A program made the translations under genes and the position numbers. Positions 1 through 12,779 of a stretch of DNA of 64,000 nucleotides are shown piece by piece. The notes beneath the pieces were generated by a model. The model was not told where the DNA came from, did no database searches, and saw only the letters and a list, made by a program, of their open reading frames with translations. Position 1 is the first letter of the stretch, and each line of letters begins with the position of its first letter. The stretch is from the NCBI GenBank assembly GCA_965178125.1, contig OZ237773.1, positions 124,001 to 188,000 on the forward strand, given 5' to 3'. The stretch is from Bilabrum cf. latius. Lineage: Eukaryota.

Positions 1-1
1 G

Positions 2-1297
2 CCAGCACGCCCGTGCCGCCACAGCAGGTGGCGGCCGGGCAGGCCTTCAAGGAGACGGCGGCGCCTCTACACGCAGGAGAGGCGCCGCCTCCGGCGACTA
101 CATGCACGGCGCCTGGAGCAGGGGCTCAAACGCTGTGTTCGGGAATGGAGGCGGGGCCGTGCCAGAGGACTTCTCTCACCTCTGGTACAACAGGACCTGT
201 CCTTCCGTGGGTAGGATTGTGCGCCGGTCGCTTCGGTGGCCGGCTTCTCGGGATGGCTTCAGCAACGGACAGTTGGGTCGGGGAACACTCAACAGCTGAA
301 TGAGGAGCGGAACGTATACGACGGCAGTTTCGGACGGCAGGACGTGGTCACTAATGCAATTGGGCAGCGGTGGTTACAGTAGCCACGACGTCATCGTCAA
401 GTCAGCGGGGAAGTACCAGCGGAGGGTGCAGCAGCAGTGCATGCGGCCCAGGAGATCCGTGTCAGCTACCCTGCAGCATCGACTACGTCAGCAGCGTTAC
501 CGAGGCTTCGGCCACGCACCCCTACGCCACGGGTGCGCGACCAGGGCCAAGGTGACCCTGACTGGCAGCTCTGCAAGCCAGTAGTGGACCGTAAGCGGCC
601 CCTGCTGTCCTTCGCAGCGTGTCAGGTGCTACATCGAGGCATCGGGAACAATCAATCCCACGCCTTGGTGGATCCCACTGCCGGGGGCAGTGGTTGGGTC
701 CTCCGAGCCTGGAGCTCGGAGAGGTAGGGCGTGAGTTCAGATCTGAGCAGTTCTCCATCGGAAGAGGACGAGCTGCTGGGCTCAAGCCAAGGAAATACGT
801 GGGGCACTTCTGACTGGGCCGAATGGCTATCCGCCTCGTCTGTCGTGCCAGTGGAACCGTGGGTTCCTAGCAGTTGGGATGACTCAGCTGCGCCATCGCA
901 AACGTGGGCAGCCTGGATGCGATCCCTGCAGGATGCGGAGGGGCGCAGTCGTGCCAAAGAGGCACCGCCAGCGCTTGGTAGACAGCACCAGCGACTGGTG
1001 GCCCACCTGACAGCGGACCCCATGGTGCTCACGGGCGACCCCGAAGCAGCACGCGCCACCAGAGCGAAGCAGGTGCAGTGGGCTACGTACCTGCGTGCAG
1101 CGTGCCCGCCTCGTACCTTCCGAGCCAAGGACTGGAAGGCCATGTCACCGGCTGAGCGGACGCTGTGTGGATTTGCCCACGGTTTCCCGATGGGCCGCAC
1201 AGCAGCTGTCCAGCAGCAGGTCAAGCTGCCGACAAACTCCATCCCGACTGAGGCTGCGGCTGCAGTGCACTGCGAGCTGGGAGCCAGATGTCAATGA
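2..1297 (+). mobile_element. Possible degenerate YR-retrotransposon (Ngaro/DIRS-like) internal fragment; ORF runs off the window edge
   Basis: Frame 2 is open from base 2 to TGA 1295-1297 if TAG=Gln. The 3' part (AARATRAKQVQWATYL...ERTLCGFAHGF) loosely resembles the N-terminal domain of DIRS/Ngaro tyrosine recombinases. No catalytic motifs seen. It abuts an unrelated truncated ORF at ~1285. Confidence 0.25.
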
Positions 1298-2326
1298 GAG
1301 ATGCAGTAAAGAATGGTGTGTTCGTCTGGGACCCAGAGAGGGACCCGAACAACGTCTTGCAAGAGCCACTGGCGATCTAGGCTGTGGAACAGGTTGGCTT
1401 GGAAGAGGTTCTTAACAAGGAAGCTAGCGATGACTTCATGCTGCACAGCTGGGCTGTAGACGTGGTGCACAATGATTACCAGAAAGGCAAACTGCTGGAG
1501 TAGGCAGTGGCCTGGGTGCTGCTGCGGGCGTGTTCGGGCGGCCCAGTGCCGTTGCAAGATGCCCTGAAGGGCCTTGTCGTTAGCAAGGTGGTGAACGACC
1601 GCACCGCAAATTATCTCAGCAGCACCAAGATCGATATCTAGCACGCGGCGCCAGTATGTAGGAAGTCTTTGGGGACATTGGAGCTTGACGACTGGAGCTG
1701 CACGGCAGATCCTCATACGGTATGGCACTCGTTCGACTAGTATTCAGGGATGGGCCTCTTCATGCGCACAGAGACTGGCAGCCCAATCGGGATCCAGGTG
1801 AAGTCGGGCAATGGTTCTTTTGCTGACGCTGTAGCCAGCTGCACCATGGGCTGGCAAGGTCTGTCGAGGGAGGAGGGAAAAAGTTACTAGCAGCACGCCG
1901 CTCGTGCTGCAGTCCTCAACTCTGACATTGCGTGCAGCGACCAGCCCCACGTGCGTTTGGTGGTGTCAGCGAATGGCTTCTCGACCCATGCGATTAAGGC
2001 CGCGCGTGAACACAATGAATTGCATCCTGAGTCTGCCATCCTGCCATGTACGGTTGAAGATTCTCTCTTCGGGCCATTGGCGTCAACCATCAAGGATGTG
2101 AACTAGAACAAGACCAAGTCTTCATCTAGTCTGTCATTTCGGCGAAGCCGACAGCCTGCCGAACTACTTCTTTGCCAACCTGTGGGGCATTCCGAGTCGT
2201 TTTTGGGCCTAGGTATGTCATGGGCACAATATCTGGCCTCCAGGTCGGAACCACAAGGAGGCGGTCGAAGCTGAGATGGACTGCGACCTGGTGAGGGGCG
2301 CATCCGAGCCGTTGCCAATTTTTTGA
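1288..2326 (+). pseudogene. 5'-truncated Crinkler (CRN)-like protein with a PD-(D/E)xK-type nuclease domain
   Basis: Not in the ORF track. Frame 1 is open 1288-2274 with 6 TAGs: LQEPLAIQAV...KGKLLEQAVAWVLL...SGMGLFM...PIGIQVKSG, resembling CRN REase modules. Probable frameshift near 2130 to a frame ending ~2326. The expected catalytic Asp appears to be Gly. Confidence 0.45.
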
Positions 2327-2415
2327 TTCGATTCGCTCAAATTGTGGTTTCTTTTAGTCAGTAATCTTACAATCTCACAGATCATAGGTGAACCTTGTTT
2401 GCATCAGATACGAAT

Positions 2416-5400
2416 TCATCGTGCAGGCGGGCTCACGACCCTCATTGCAGCCCCCTTGCCCTCGGCAATCACCAGGATCGCAAACCGACGCACCCTCTGC
2501 AGCGCGTCGGTTGCAACAGACGAGTAATCGAAGGCCCCGCGCACGTCAGTGTAGCCGTCCTTGAAGAAGAATGCGTCTGCCGCCGGACCCGCAGCGGTGC
2601 TCGTCCCAAATGCCTTCACGTACGCCCGGGGAACAGCAGTTCCGGTCTCTCGATCGCGCACCGTCAGCCGGCCGAATTGCTCAGCCACAGACACCCGCAA
2701 GCCAGACCGAAGCACTGTCGCCGATCTGGACTTGCCTCCGCCGTCCACCCTCACCAGGGCGTCTCCGCCAGCTTTGTCCAGCGGAAGAAGCACTTCCGTG
2801 ACCTGAAAGGTTCCGCTGGACCGCACGGCGCCGGTCGCAACCTCGAAGCAGTGGTTTGGTCGCACCACCGAGAACTTGCCCGCGTCCCCCCCGCCGTCGC
2901 CCCCGCCACTGCTGCCCATGGCGAAGGGGCTGGTGGAGAACAAGAGCTCCACGTCCATGCCGTACAGCGATACAGTGACCGCGTCCAGGTGCGACGTGGT
3001 GATCTTGGCCGCGTGTTGGCCCGAAGTGCTGCGAACCAGTTCGAGCTCCAGCGAAGGTTCGGTAGACGCCATTCTGGCCTGCTGGCGCTCCCTTCCCAGC
3101 TCCTTCCCCTCCACGTCAGAGTCACGCTCCCCCTCCTTGAATCCTTCACTTTGTCCACCCCCAGATCTTCGTGTCCGCCACGACTCGGCCTCCTCGATCT
3201 GGGACTTCATCTCGCGGAACTTGGCCTGCCACCTGGGCACAGGGTGCTCTGCGTAGGCGGCAGCAACGCGGCGCGCGACCGAGAGCGGAGGCTCTGCTGT
3301 TCTCTGAGGACCAACACTCCCCGAATCACCACCGTCCTCCTCCCCGCCATCACCAGGTTCGAAAAAGTCCAGGTACCCGGCCATGTAGTCGTACTGCAGA
3401 ACCATCCAGTTCCGAGAGCCTGCACCACCATGCGATGAACCTGCTCCGGCACCCGCGCTTGCACGTGCACCGGTCCCAGCAACAGCACCACCGTGCGCTG
3501 CAGCCGCCACACTGCCCTCTGGGGCGGCAACCGCGGCGAACACATCCCGGGCCTCATTGGTGCGGTCCTAGCACAGCAAAAAGTACGAAAGCACGAGCAA
3601 GTTGCCTGGGCTCAGGCCGCTGGGCGACATGGCGTCGTACCCGGCCACCTCAAGGAACCTTCGGTACTGGTTCTTTAGGTCCCTGTTGGTGATCCTCTCC
3701 TGGGAGCCGAGCCTGTGCGCTCTCGCGTTGACGAGAGGACTGTACTCGAAGTGGGTGTAGGTGCCGGCCGCACGGGGGTCTCTACTCCGATCGAATCGAG
3801 GCACCAAAGGCGCTGTTTGTTCCCCGTAGTCTCCGACGTCCGGCTGGGAGCCAGTTGTGAGCAGCTTGCTCCGGATTGGGGGCCAGGAGGCGTCTTGCCC
3901 TGAGCTCGTTGCATGCCAGTGCTGTTGCACGAGGTCTTGCACGGCACGCAGGTCTCGGTGCAGGAACCCATATGCCCACACCTCCACACTCGTCATGCCT
4001 CTATTCCGGATGGCCTCAGTGATGACCTCGTAGCTGCTCCGATCCTTGCACCGCCACGCCACTTTGGCCAGGTCGATTTTCCTCGCGTGGAGGTTCCAGT
4101 CCCGGATGCACGCGACCACCTGGTCCAGCGTGCCTTCGGAAGCGATGTAGTCCCAGGACTCGAGGTCGATCTGGGTGGGCACTGCCACAACGGCAACCTG
4201 CCCGAACCCCTTGGAGGCAATGCACCTGCCCTTGCTGGCGGCCTGCACGCCGTAGTGGTCAAACCGGCCGGTGGAGGGGAAGTAGAAGAAGTAGTCGATC
4301 ACCTTGGTCTGGTAGGAGCTGATCTTCTAGGTGGCACTTCCGGTCACCACGCCCTTCCGCAGCGGCAAAGCGCCCTGGGGTATCTGAGTCAGCACGCTGA
4401 CGGTCTCTTGCCTTCTCGACACGTTCGACACTACGACCTTCACTCCGTACTGCTTGTTCCTCAGGAGCTCCGTCCCGTCCAGGTACAGATCGACCTGCTC
4501 GCCCGCCTCCATCTTGAACGAGTCCGCGGGGTCGAAGTACTGCTGCCCCACCAGCACGGTGGAAGAGGTCGGCGGGTCCACGGAGCGGACGTCACGGCAG
4601 AACAGGATGGTGGGCTGTTCCCTGGGAGTGATGGTCATATGTCCTCCCGCCACTGCTATTTCCGTCTTCTGATCTCTCTTGAATGGCAGGCCGAGCACAG
4701 CCAGCACGCAGAGGGCTTCGTTGAGGGAGGAGCGGCAGTAGGCGAAATGCGGCGATGTCGACGAGCCTTCCCCCCCTTCGCCATCAGCACCATCGGCACC
4801 ACTGGTGCCTGCTGATGCCGCGCCTGCTCCACCATCTGAACGACGCCGCAGGAAGGCTGCGATTTCCGCCCAGAACAGCGAGTTGGTGAACTGCGGCGTG
4901 GCGGAGGCCTGCACCTTGTAGTACTACGACTCGGCGAATTCCTCGGTCTTGTCCAAGCCCCTGTAGGCGGGACGGCGCGCCTGGTTTTGGACAACCTGCA
5001 TCTGCTCTCTTGTTTCCGCGAACGCTGCGAACTTGGATCTGGACAACGAAAATCCGGCGGACTGCATCTCTTTCTTCTGCAATTGTAGCCTCTTGCCCTT
5101 GGACTTCTTGCTCTTGCCCCGCCTATCATATTCCTCGAGGTCAGACACGTCAGACTCAGAGGAGTCAGAGCAAGACGAGTCAAAGTCAGAAGAGTCGGCG
5201 CCAAAATCATCGTAGTCCTCCTCGCACCTTTTCATCTCGAAGCTGTCAAACTCTGCACCGCAAGCCATGCCCCGCTCTTCGTATTCGTCACTAGACTCCC
5301 GCCGCATGGCCTGTTCGGCGGCACGCTCAGCTTCCAGCTGCGCCATTGCTTCGGCCGCTTCGCTCGCTTCCGCTGCAGCGGCCGCTGCCCCACCGAGAGC

Positions 5401-8400
5401 GTCACTCGTCAGCGCGTTCCGGAAGACGATCTCTTTCTCCGTTTGTCCCGGCCCGCCCGCAACCGCCCCGTCTCGAAGCTCCTTCACGATACCCGCACCT
5501 GCCGCAGCTGGGGTCCGACCGGCCAGCAGAGCTTTCTCAAGGGGATTCAGGCCCTCGTACCTGGACGGCGCGAGGTAGGCGCTGATATCGTGACCCAGCA
5601 CGAAATGGTCCACCAGCTGCTTGGCGCGCTTGCACTCGATGTACGGCCGAACCACAGAGTCGAAGAAGGACCGGTCCTTGAAGTACAAGAAGAGGTGCAG
5701 CTCGTGGCACGCGTACTTGCTGTACTTGGCTCGCTTGTCCTTCTCCTTTAGATCATCCCACTGAGAGATGAACAGCCAGTCCGTCTGCAGGGAGCCAAGC
5801 CGCCCCAGCTGCATGAGAAGGCGGGAGGCATCGTCGATCGTGCCGACCTCTCCGGTGCGAGTGTCCGACGAGTCGGTCAAAACCACGCTCTCACCGGCTG
5901 CGACCGACAAGGAACGTTCCTGAAGCGTCTGGTGGGTGCCCCGGGGCAGCGTCTCGGTCAGTGCCAAATTGCGATGGGCTCTCGAGCGGAAATCCACAGA
6001 GTCTTCGCCATCGTGGCCGCGCCCGCCCGCGCCCGATGCGGCTCCAGACCCGTTGCCCGGGCTTGCCCTTGCAGCGTCACTCGGGCACTCGTCCTCTAGC
6101 CCCCCAAGATCCACGTCGATGCCCCTTGTCGCGGTCGAGAATGCGTCCTGCGCGATCAGACTGACGAACACCGGGCCGATCTGGCCGTCAGAGCCGAGCG
6201 CACCGGCATGCAGTGCACCCACAAGGGCATCCGCATCGACGGTCAGGCATCCCTCCGAGTCGGGCTTAAGATTGTACGCAGCTACACCCGGCGCGGCCAA
6301 GAAATCGAAGCACTGCGGCCCTCCGTGGGAACCGGCGCCCGTCTCGGCCGACCTCGCACGCCGGGCGTGGATCATGCCACCCATGCCGCGCGCCCTGTGC
6401 TCCGTGGCGAGCCGCCCCTCCGCTGCGAATGCAAGTCCTTGCGCTGCGGTCTGCTCATCCGTCGTGGTGCCCTTCTGTGCCCACGGGTTGAGCAGAAGGG
6501 ACGGCCGGGGCAGCTGGTTGCCTGGGTGGGCCTCCTTGCCCTGGCGGTTCATCACGTACGTGGCTTCGTCACCGAGCGGAACTGTGCCAAGGTACGCGCA
6601 CCGGGGTTCGGATCCCGCCGCCTGGCACCGACCCAGTACCGACTCCGGGTCCATGGCCACCTGCCCCAGCGCGTGGAAGGCGTCGTCTCTGGCTGGGTAG
6701 AACCTGCTCGCCAGCACGTGCACCCTTGCCCCGCCCTCTGGGTCGACAGATGGGATCCCGCCCGCCACCCTAAGCTTGAGCTGGCGATCGGCAGCATCCC
6801 AACGAGCCTCCGCGATGGTGATCGGGTCGGGCTCGAAACCCGGAAGCAGCTCTCCCACCTCGCGGGGTGTGGTCGGGGGAGTGACGAGGTGGGTCCGGTC
6901 GCTCTCGCCGTACACCGTCAGGGTGTGCTCTTCCGTGCGGCGGTGCACGGGGGAGGGCCTGTGCACCGCAATGCGATACACCCCTGCGGGCAGCCCTCCG
7001 ATTTCCAGGAAACCGTCCGAGGTTGCAACCGCGTGCTCCGTGTGGGTCGCGATCAGGCTTCCGTCTGGCGACACGCTCGTCACACTGACGTCAGCTGCGG
7101 AAACCGCCCCGGTTGCAGCGCCCGTGGAGGACGGTCCCGGGCCTCCGCCGTCAGAGCGCGCCGGTCCGGGCGCACTACTGCCCGACCCATCGGACGCCCG
7201 GCCGCCCTCGCCGTGTCCCGCAGGCTGGGCCGACGACTGCCGAAAGGGGAGCTTCATCTGAAGGGGCGCACCTGCCGCTGCAGTGCGTTGCACCCGCAGG
7301 TACCTGTGTCCGTCCAGGTCGCCCAGGTGGAACGTGCGGGATGGAACCCGGATGGTGGGTGTCTCTGAGTTCACGAGGAGGTCGATCGTGTTGGGCATGT
7401 GGCCCAGGCATGCTTCTCCCTTACCATCGGTCTTGATCAGGGCTAGCTGGACGGCACTAGACAGGATTGTGGTGTAGGCCTGTACGCGCAGGCACACCCC
7501 AGGCACGGCCTCGCCAGACCTGCCCAGCACTGACAGGACGAGCCCCCGCACCGGCTCTTTACGGAGATACACGTCAGCGATTTGGTCCGTGTCCAGGATC
7601 GCGTTCGTCTCGATCTGGTGTGACGATTGTAACGTGCACTTTCCCCCGGTGTGGCCCATCTCGATGGTACCGGTTAGCCTGAAGCTAAGCCTCTTCAGCC
7701 CCGCAGGCACGAGAAAGCTGAGCTCCGTCTCACCGGACTCCGCAAAGCTGACAGAGTCGTACGTCCGCTCGCTCTTTGACCTGTCCACGTCTCTAGACTC
7801 CACAACTACTTTCCAGTCCTTCACGCGCTCCAGCGGAACAGCCACCAGACGCGCGGCGCCGCTCTTCAGGAACACTCGCGGGCGGATGGCCACTGCAGCG
7901 TGCCGGCTGTCTCGCACCAGCTGCTACCTGTCGACGTACCAGCCGCACTCCATGTCGTATTCTTCCTTGTACATATGCAGCTAGTGCAGGGAGGAAAAGG
8001 ACCAGACGCCGGAATCCGATTCCGAGTCGCCGGCTCCGCTGGCCGCCCCGCCCGCCCCGCTGGAATCGGGTAGCACGGTTACGATCATCTGGGCGGTCGT
8101 CTCCCTGCCCAAATAGGGCACGTAAATCTCCTCCACGATTCCGGCGCCGCGCGATGATCCTGCGGAACCGCTTTCCTTGCCCTCGCCGGCCCCCTCGGCG
8201 TTGCCTCCAGACACGTCCCCCATGCGGGCATAGTCTACGCCATTGATCGTCACCTTGACCCTGTCCGACGGCAAGGGGTTATTCTGCTCGTCTAGCACCC
8301 TAAGCGCCAGTCCAGCCGGCTTGCACTGCGCGAGGTACCGCAGGGCACCCTTCCGGATCAGGGCGCGGATGCACTGGCCCTTGCCCACCACCTCCATGAT

Positions 8401-10570
8401 GAAGACCCCGCGCCTAGGTTCCGCAAGCAGCGGCGCCGCGACGGTCTCTACGTGCACAACCACCGGGGGATACCTGTCCTCGAAGTCGAGCACCTGCTCC
8501 CAGGTTGGTCGCAAGCCCTGCAGGTCGACAGAGGTGTCGATCTCGGTGAGCTTGCTCTGGTAGTAGGCCGTGGTGTTCACCTCGAACAGGCGAACCTTCA
8601 CCTGAGGAACGTTCTTCACGCGGATACGTACCTCCGCCGCCTCGGACACTCCGAACTGCTTCCGGTTTGACTTGTCAAAGACCAGCTCAGATGAGGTCAT
8701 CATGTCCCTGACCCGCTGGTCTCCGATCACCTTGGCCGCTTCGAGTAGGTCACTAGACCCGGCCGAAACGACGCCCGAATACACTTTCTGCACCGCTTGT
8801 TCTCTGGCTAGAACTTCACGCGGCATCATGTCGTCCAGGTGGCCAAACTCGCCGTCCGGTAAGCCCCGCAGCATGTCGCGGATGCCTTGAGTGAGGAGCT
8901 CCGAGTCCTGCGTGGTCGAGGGAAATCGAAGGTTCTTCGGGGTGGGGAACCCGTACCCTCCCCGGACGGCAATGTAGCTGGCCAATGGTTCAGCCCCGGC
9001 GTTGCCGGGCCGCTCCTTGAACGAAATGACTGGGAACGGATACGAGGCGCGGTCGATCGTAGCGAACGCATCGAAGGCCGCCGAGTTGGTCGCTGGTGAA
9101 CCCGTCCTCTCCCAATCGATCCGGAGTCGATGGTACATAAGATAGAATGGGATGTAGCTGAAGGCCCTGCCGAGTCGGATACGATCGAACGTTGCCTGTG
9201 CGTTGTCGAGGTACTCCAGCTGGCCCTCATAGTCGCCTTGATGCGGCGCACCGTGCTGGGGCAGAATCCTCTGGAATATGGCGTGCACCCACTGCCTGTC
9301 GTTCTTGAGATCGTGCGTATTACCACGGGACTGCAGCGAAATGAGCTGCTCCAGGGAGAGCAGCCTATAGTACTGAGCGCTGCTGCCTCTGGTCCCTTTG
9401 GGCTTGGGGTTCGGCAGCACGGCACCGAACGTCACCGCGCTCATGATGCCCCTGGCCAACGAAGGGTTTTCGGGCATCACCACGTCCCTATCGGCGGGAA
9501 ATTCGGTCAGAATCGCCTCAACGCACTCGACGGGATCCATGCCCGCTGGGAAATGGTTCTTCTGCACGACAAAGTGGCGCAGATGCTCCTTGTACACGGG
9601 CGTACCGCATTCGCTCTTGATCCTGTTCAAAATGCGCGTCACAAACGGCGACCGCGATGCCCCGTACCCGTCCTTGAACTGGCTCATCCAGCCAAGCCGA
9701 AGCCCCTGCTCCTTGAGTTTGCCTGCCTGGGGCAACCCTCCAGCCTGTCGGACGGCAAGCTCAAACAGCTTCTCCTCATTCGTGGGATCTGCGGCGCTTG
9801 TATCTATCGCAGATGGTGTCTTGTCTTCAGCTGCACGGGCAGCCGCGCCTCGCGTGCCTGCGACAACCTGCCTCTGGCGCTGGGTCGACAGCCGCAGGTC
9901 CTGCTTTATGTGATCCAGGAGCGCCTGCGATCCAGGGTGTAGATTTCGAATAAAGGGATTGACTGTTATCAATAATACGCCCCAGACAAATGTATTCGTC
10001 ATCGTGAGTGCCCTTTAAGTGGATTCTGCCGCTGTTGCAGCACTCTAGCGAAGCACCGACGGATCTCCAAGAACACGCTGATTCGAGCAATTCTGGGCAC
10101 TTCATGGGCGTTGATCTCACAGAATCATCTTGAGATGTACCATCTTGAAAGCGGATGAGCTTCTTTCTCAACTGTGCCGTCTGTTGCGCGGAAACGAATC
10201 CGAAATTACTTGCGTTCGTATCGAAAGCATGCTGAATTTTCTCTTCCAACTCCTTAGGGAACCCTGGGGACCAGAAGACACGAGAAAATAAATCATGTCA
10301 GTGGGTGTCCCTCCCATTTGCGAATGGGGGCAAAGGGGGTAAGCAGTAACAAGAATTAGATGAAGATCGCAGAAGCCTCACCATGGGCCTCAGATACAAG
10401 CGATAGAAGGCGAGTCTGCTACAAGCTACCGGCAACTGTGTTCTCATTAATCCACGCAATTGGATCCTGCGAGTATTGTAGTAGAGCAAACATTCAAAGA
10501 CTGTTGGCGAAGCATGAGACTCGATGCATGCAGATTCACAGAATTCCGCAGATCTAGCCTCATCGAACAT
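2416..10570 (-). CDS. Giant (~2,500+ aa) conserved protein with probable macroglobulin-like beta domains
   Basis: ORFs 7981-10002, 4924-7917, 4327-4914, 3568-4302 and 2416-3543 are in one frame, separated only by TAG; terminal TGA at 2416-2418. The C-terminus FFKDGYTDVRGAFDYSSV...RFAILV...VVSPP and the motifs YSKYACHELHLFLYFKD and HFEYSPLVNARAHRLG match, from recall, a family shared by planctomycetes/myxobacteria and protists. 5' exons (~10130-10570) and the start are uncertain. Confidence 0.8.
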
Positions 10571-10823
10571 GGATTAGGCAGCGACGCTCCACGTACTTAC
10601 GCCAGATAGTATTAGCTACTCGAGCTGGTCTGTAGACAAGTTTTCCATTCTTGCAATCAGCGCTTATGCACTATTCTCGAGGCTGGCGCCACGTTTGTCT
10701 ATCCCGGTTGTAACCAATGAATTAAATTTCAAGATGAAGATACCGCCAACTTGCCAGCAAAGTCCAACCCACCTAGGTGCAATGGATCCCTATTATGCTA
10801 CAAGAAGCACCAAAATGATTCGA

Positions 10824-11958
10824 TCACTGCCTGCCCGCGTCACCGGCAGCAGCAGCCCCCCCCGCAGCGGCCCCAGCCGACCCCGCTGCCGCCTTACCGC
10901 CGAGAATCTCCCAGACCGTCTTGGTCGCAGCCACCGAGTGCTCCCACAGAGCCTTGCCGGTCTCGGGACCATCGGTCCGCTTGTCTGCCTCCTGCACATC
11001 GGGGTATCCAGACAGTCCGGGCGGGCCGACGTACGACGCGGGCGGCACGTCACCGAATGCAGCCATGGCCGTGGGCAGGCAGCCCATGTACTGCGACTGG
11101 GCCACCAGAGCGTTTGCAATGGTCGCACCCGTGACCTCTCTCTGCAGCCGGGTGGCGCTGTAGCCCGGGTGGCACGCCACCGCCGTGACCCCCTTGTCAC
11201 CGGCGATGCCAGCAGCCTCCAGACGGCGCTAGAGCTCCTTGGTGAAGAGAACGTTCGCGAACTTGGTGCAGCGGTACTGCATCCACTTGTCGTACCCCTT
11301 CTCGGCTGCCATGTCCTCCAGCACGACTCCTTTCTCGGTCGTGTTTCCCATCGTGTGGTACGCGCTCGAGACATTCACCACTCGGCTGCCCGGCCGCTTC
11401 GCGAGAAGGGGCAGCAGCAGAGACGTGAGCGTGAAGTGACCGTAGTGGTTGGTGGCCATCTGAAGCTCGAATCCATCTTCGGTGACGCGACGATCAGGGG
11501 TGGCCATCACTCCAGCGTTGTTGACGAGCACGTCGATTCCTTCGGGGTGTGCTGCTGCCACCCGAGCTGCGGCTTCGCGTACGCTCTTCTGTTTAGATAG
11601 ATCACACACCTGGATTTCTACATTAGGGGCGTCGGTATCTTTTCCTTTGCCGCGTTCTTTTACGCCCACGTCACCAGCTTTGCGCACCTCTGCGGCAGCT
11701 TCCTCCAGCCTCTCCTTGGATCTTCCCATCATGACGATGTCAGCACCTTTCTTTGCAAATATTTTGGTTGCCTCGAAGCCGATCCCGCTGTTGGCTCCTG
11801 CGAACAATTGGGATACTATTGGTTCGATGTGCGGCGTGCTTATTACCGCGTTAATTGTTCAGTCATTCAGATTTTGCTACCTTACCAGTCATCACAACAA
11901 GCTTCCTCGTTAGTTCGGGCACACTCGATTCATCGAACTTGCTCGAACTTCCTCCCAT
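10824..11958 (-). CDS. Short-chain dehydrogenase/reductase (retinol dehydrogenase/WWOX-like), predicted N-myristoylated
   Basis: Exon 1 MGGSSSKFDESSVPELTRKLVVMTG (11958-11886), GT-AG intron 11885-11798, then GANSGIG, NNAG and YRCTK (YxxxK). TAG at 11229-11231 falls in ANVLFTKEL*RRL (family consensus ELQRRL). TGA at 10824. Confidence 0.92.
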
Positions 11959-12362
11959 GCTGGCTCGATTTAGACAATATTTAAAGTGGCCAAGGAGACG
12001 TCATCTTGATCATGCACTTTCAGTTCCGGTTTTTGATTTCGGAAGCGTGCCAGTGGGCATGCCACAGTGTTGCCTCAGAGTGGGGCATGGGTAGAGCAAC
12101 GTCGATGAGACTAGCGAATCAGACCTTACCAACAGGCTGGTTGTTATAGCCGGTAAGGGAAGTACGCGGTGCATCCTCGCGACCCGCTGTGCCTACCACA
12201 TGCCATTTCGAAGTGCGGTAATGCAACGACGAGGCGTACCAATACCGTAACCAGGCACCAGCAGCGGCTGCGGCTTAAAAAGACAATAAAATGTAGGTCA
12301 GAATAGGGAGATCCAAGGACAGGGTCGAGGAAAGGTGCCGCAGAGGTGCGCAAAGAAAGGTG

Positions 12363-12481
12363 CCGGCAAGGCTCTGTGGGAGCACTCGGTGGCTGCAACC
12401 AAGACGGTCTGGGAAAGTTTTGGCTATAAGGCGGCAGCGGGGTCGGCTGGGGCTGCTGCGGGGGGGGGGCGCTGCTGTCGG
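12363..12481 (+). repeat. Inverted, diverged copy of the SDR 3' coding end (10843-10960)
   Basis: ccggcaaggctctgtgggagcactcggtggctgc... is the reverse complement of 10843-10960 with several substitutions. Confidence 0.9.
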
Positions 12482-12779
12482 CATTGATGGCCCAAATGGT
12501 CACGAAAGGTGGTGGCATGCCGCGCCCTAGGATTAAATTGCTCGGAGCTTGCAGATCGATTGCCAAGGGTGCCATGCTGCTTTGACTAGACTGGAAAACA
12601 ATATCAATCCCGAGAGGAACTGTAACAACTGGAGTAGGCCACTACAGGCGATTCCCAGCCCGTAGCTCCCAACTGCAACTCGGCTCCGCTATCGCGCGGC
12701 GCTAGGCGTTGGCCAGGGGTCACGAACACTACTCAGGTATCCCCCCCCGTATTACCTATTTTGCCTGCGAATTCAAACA

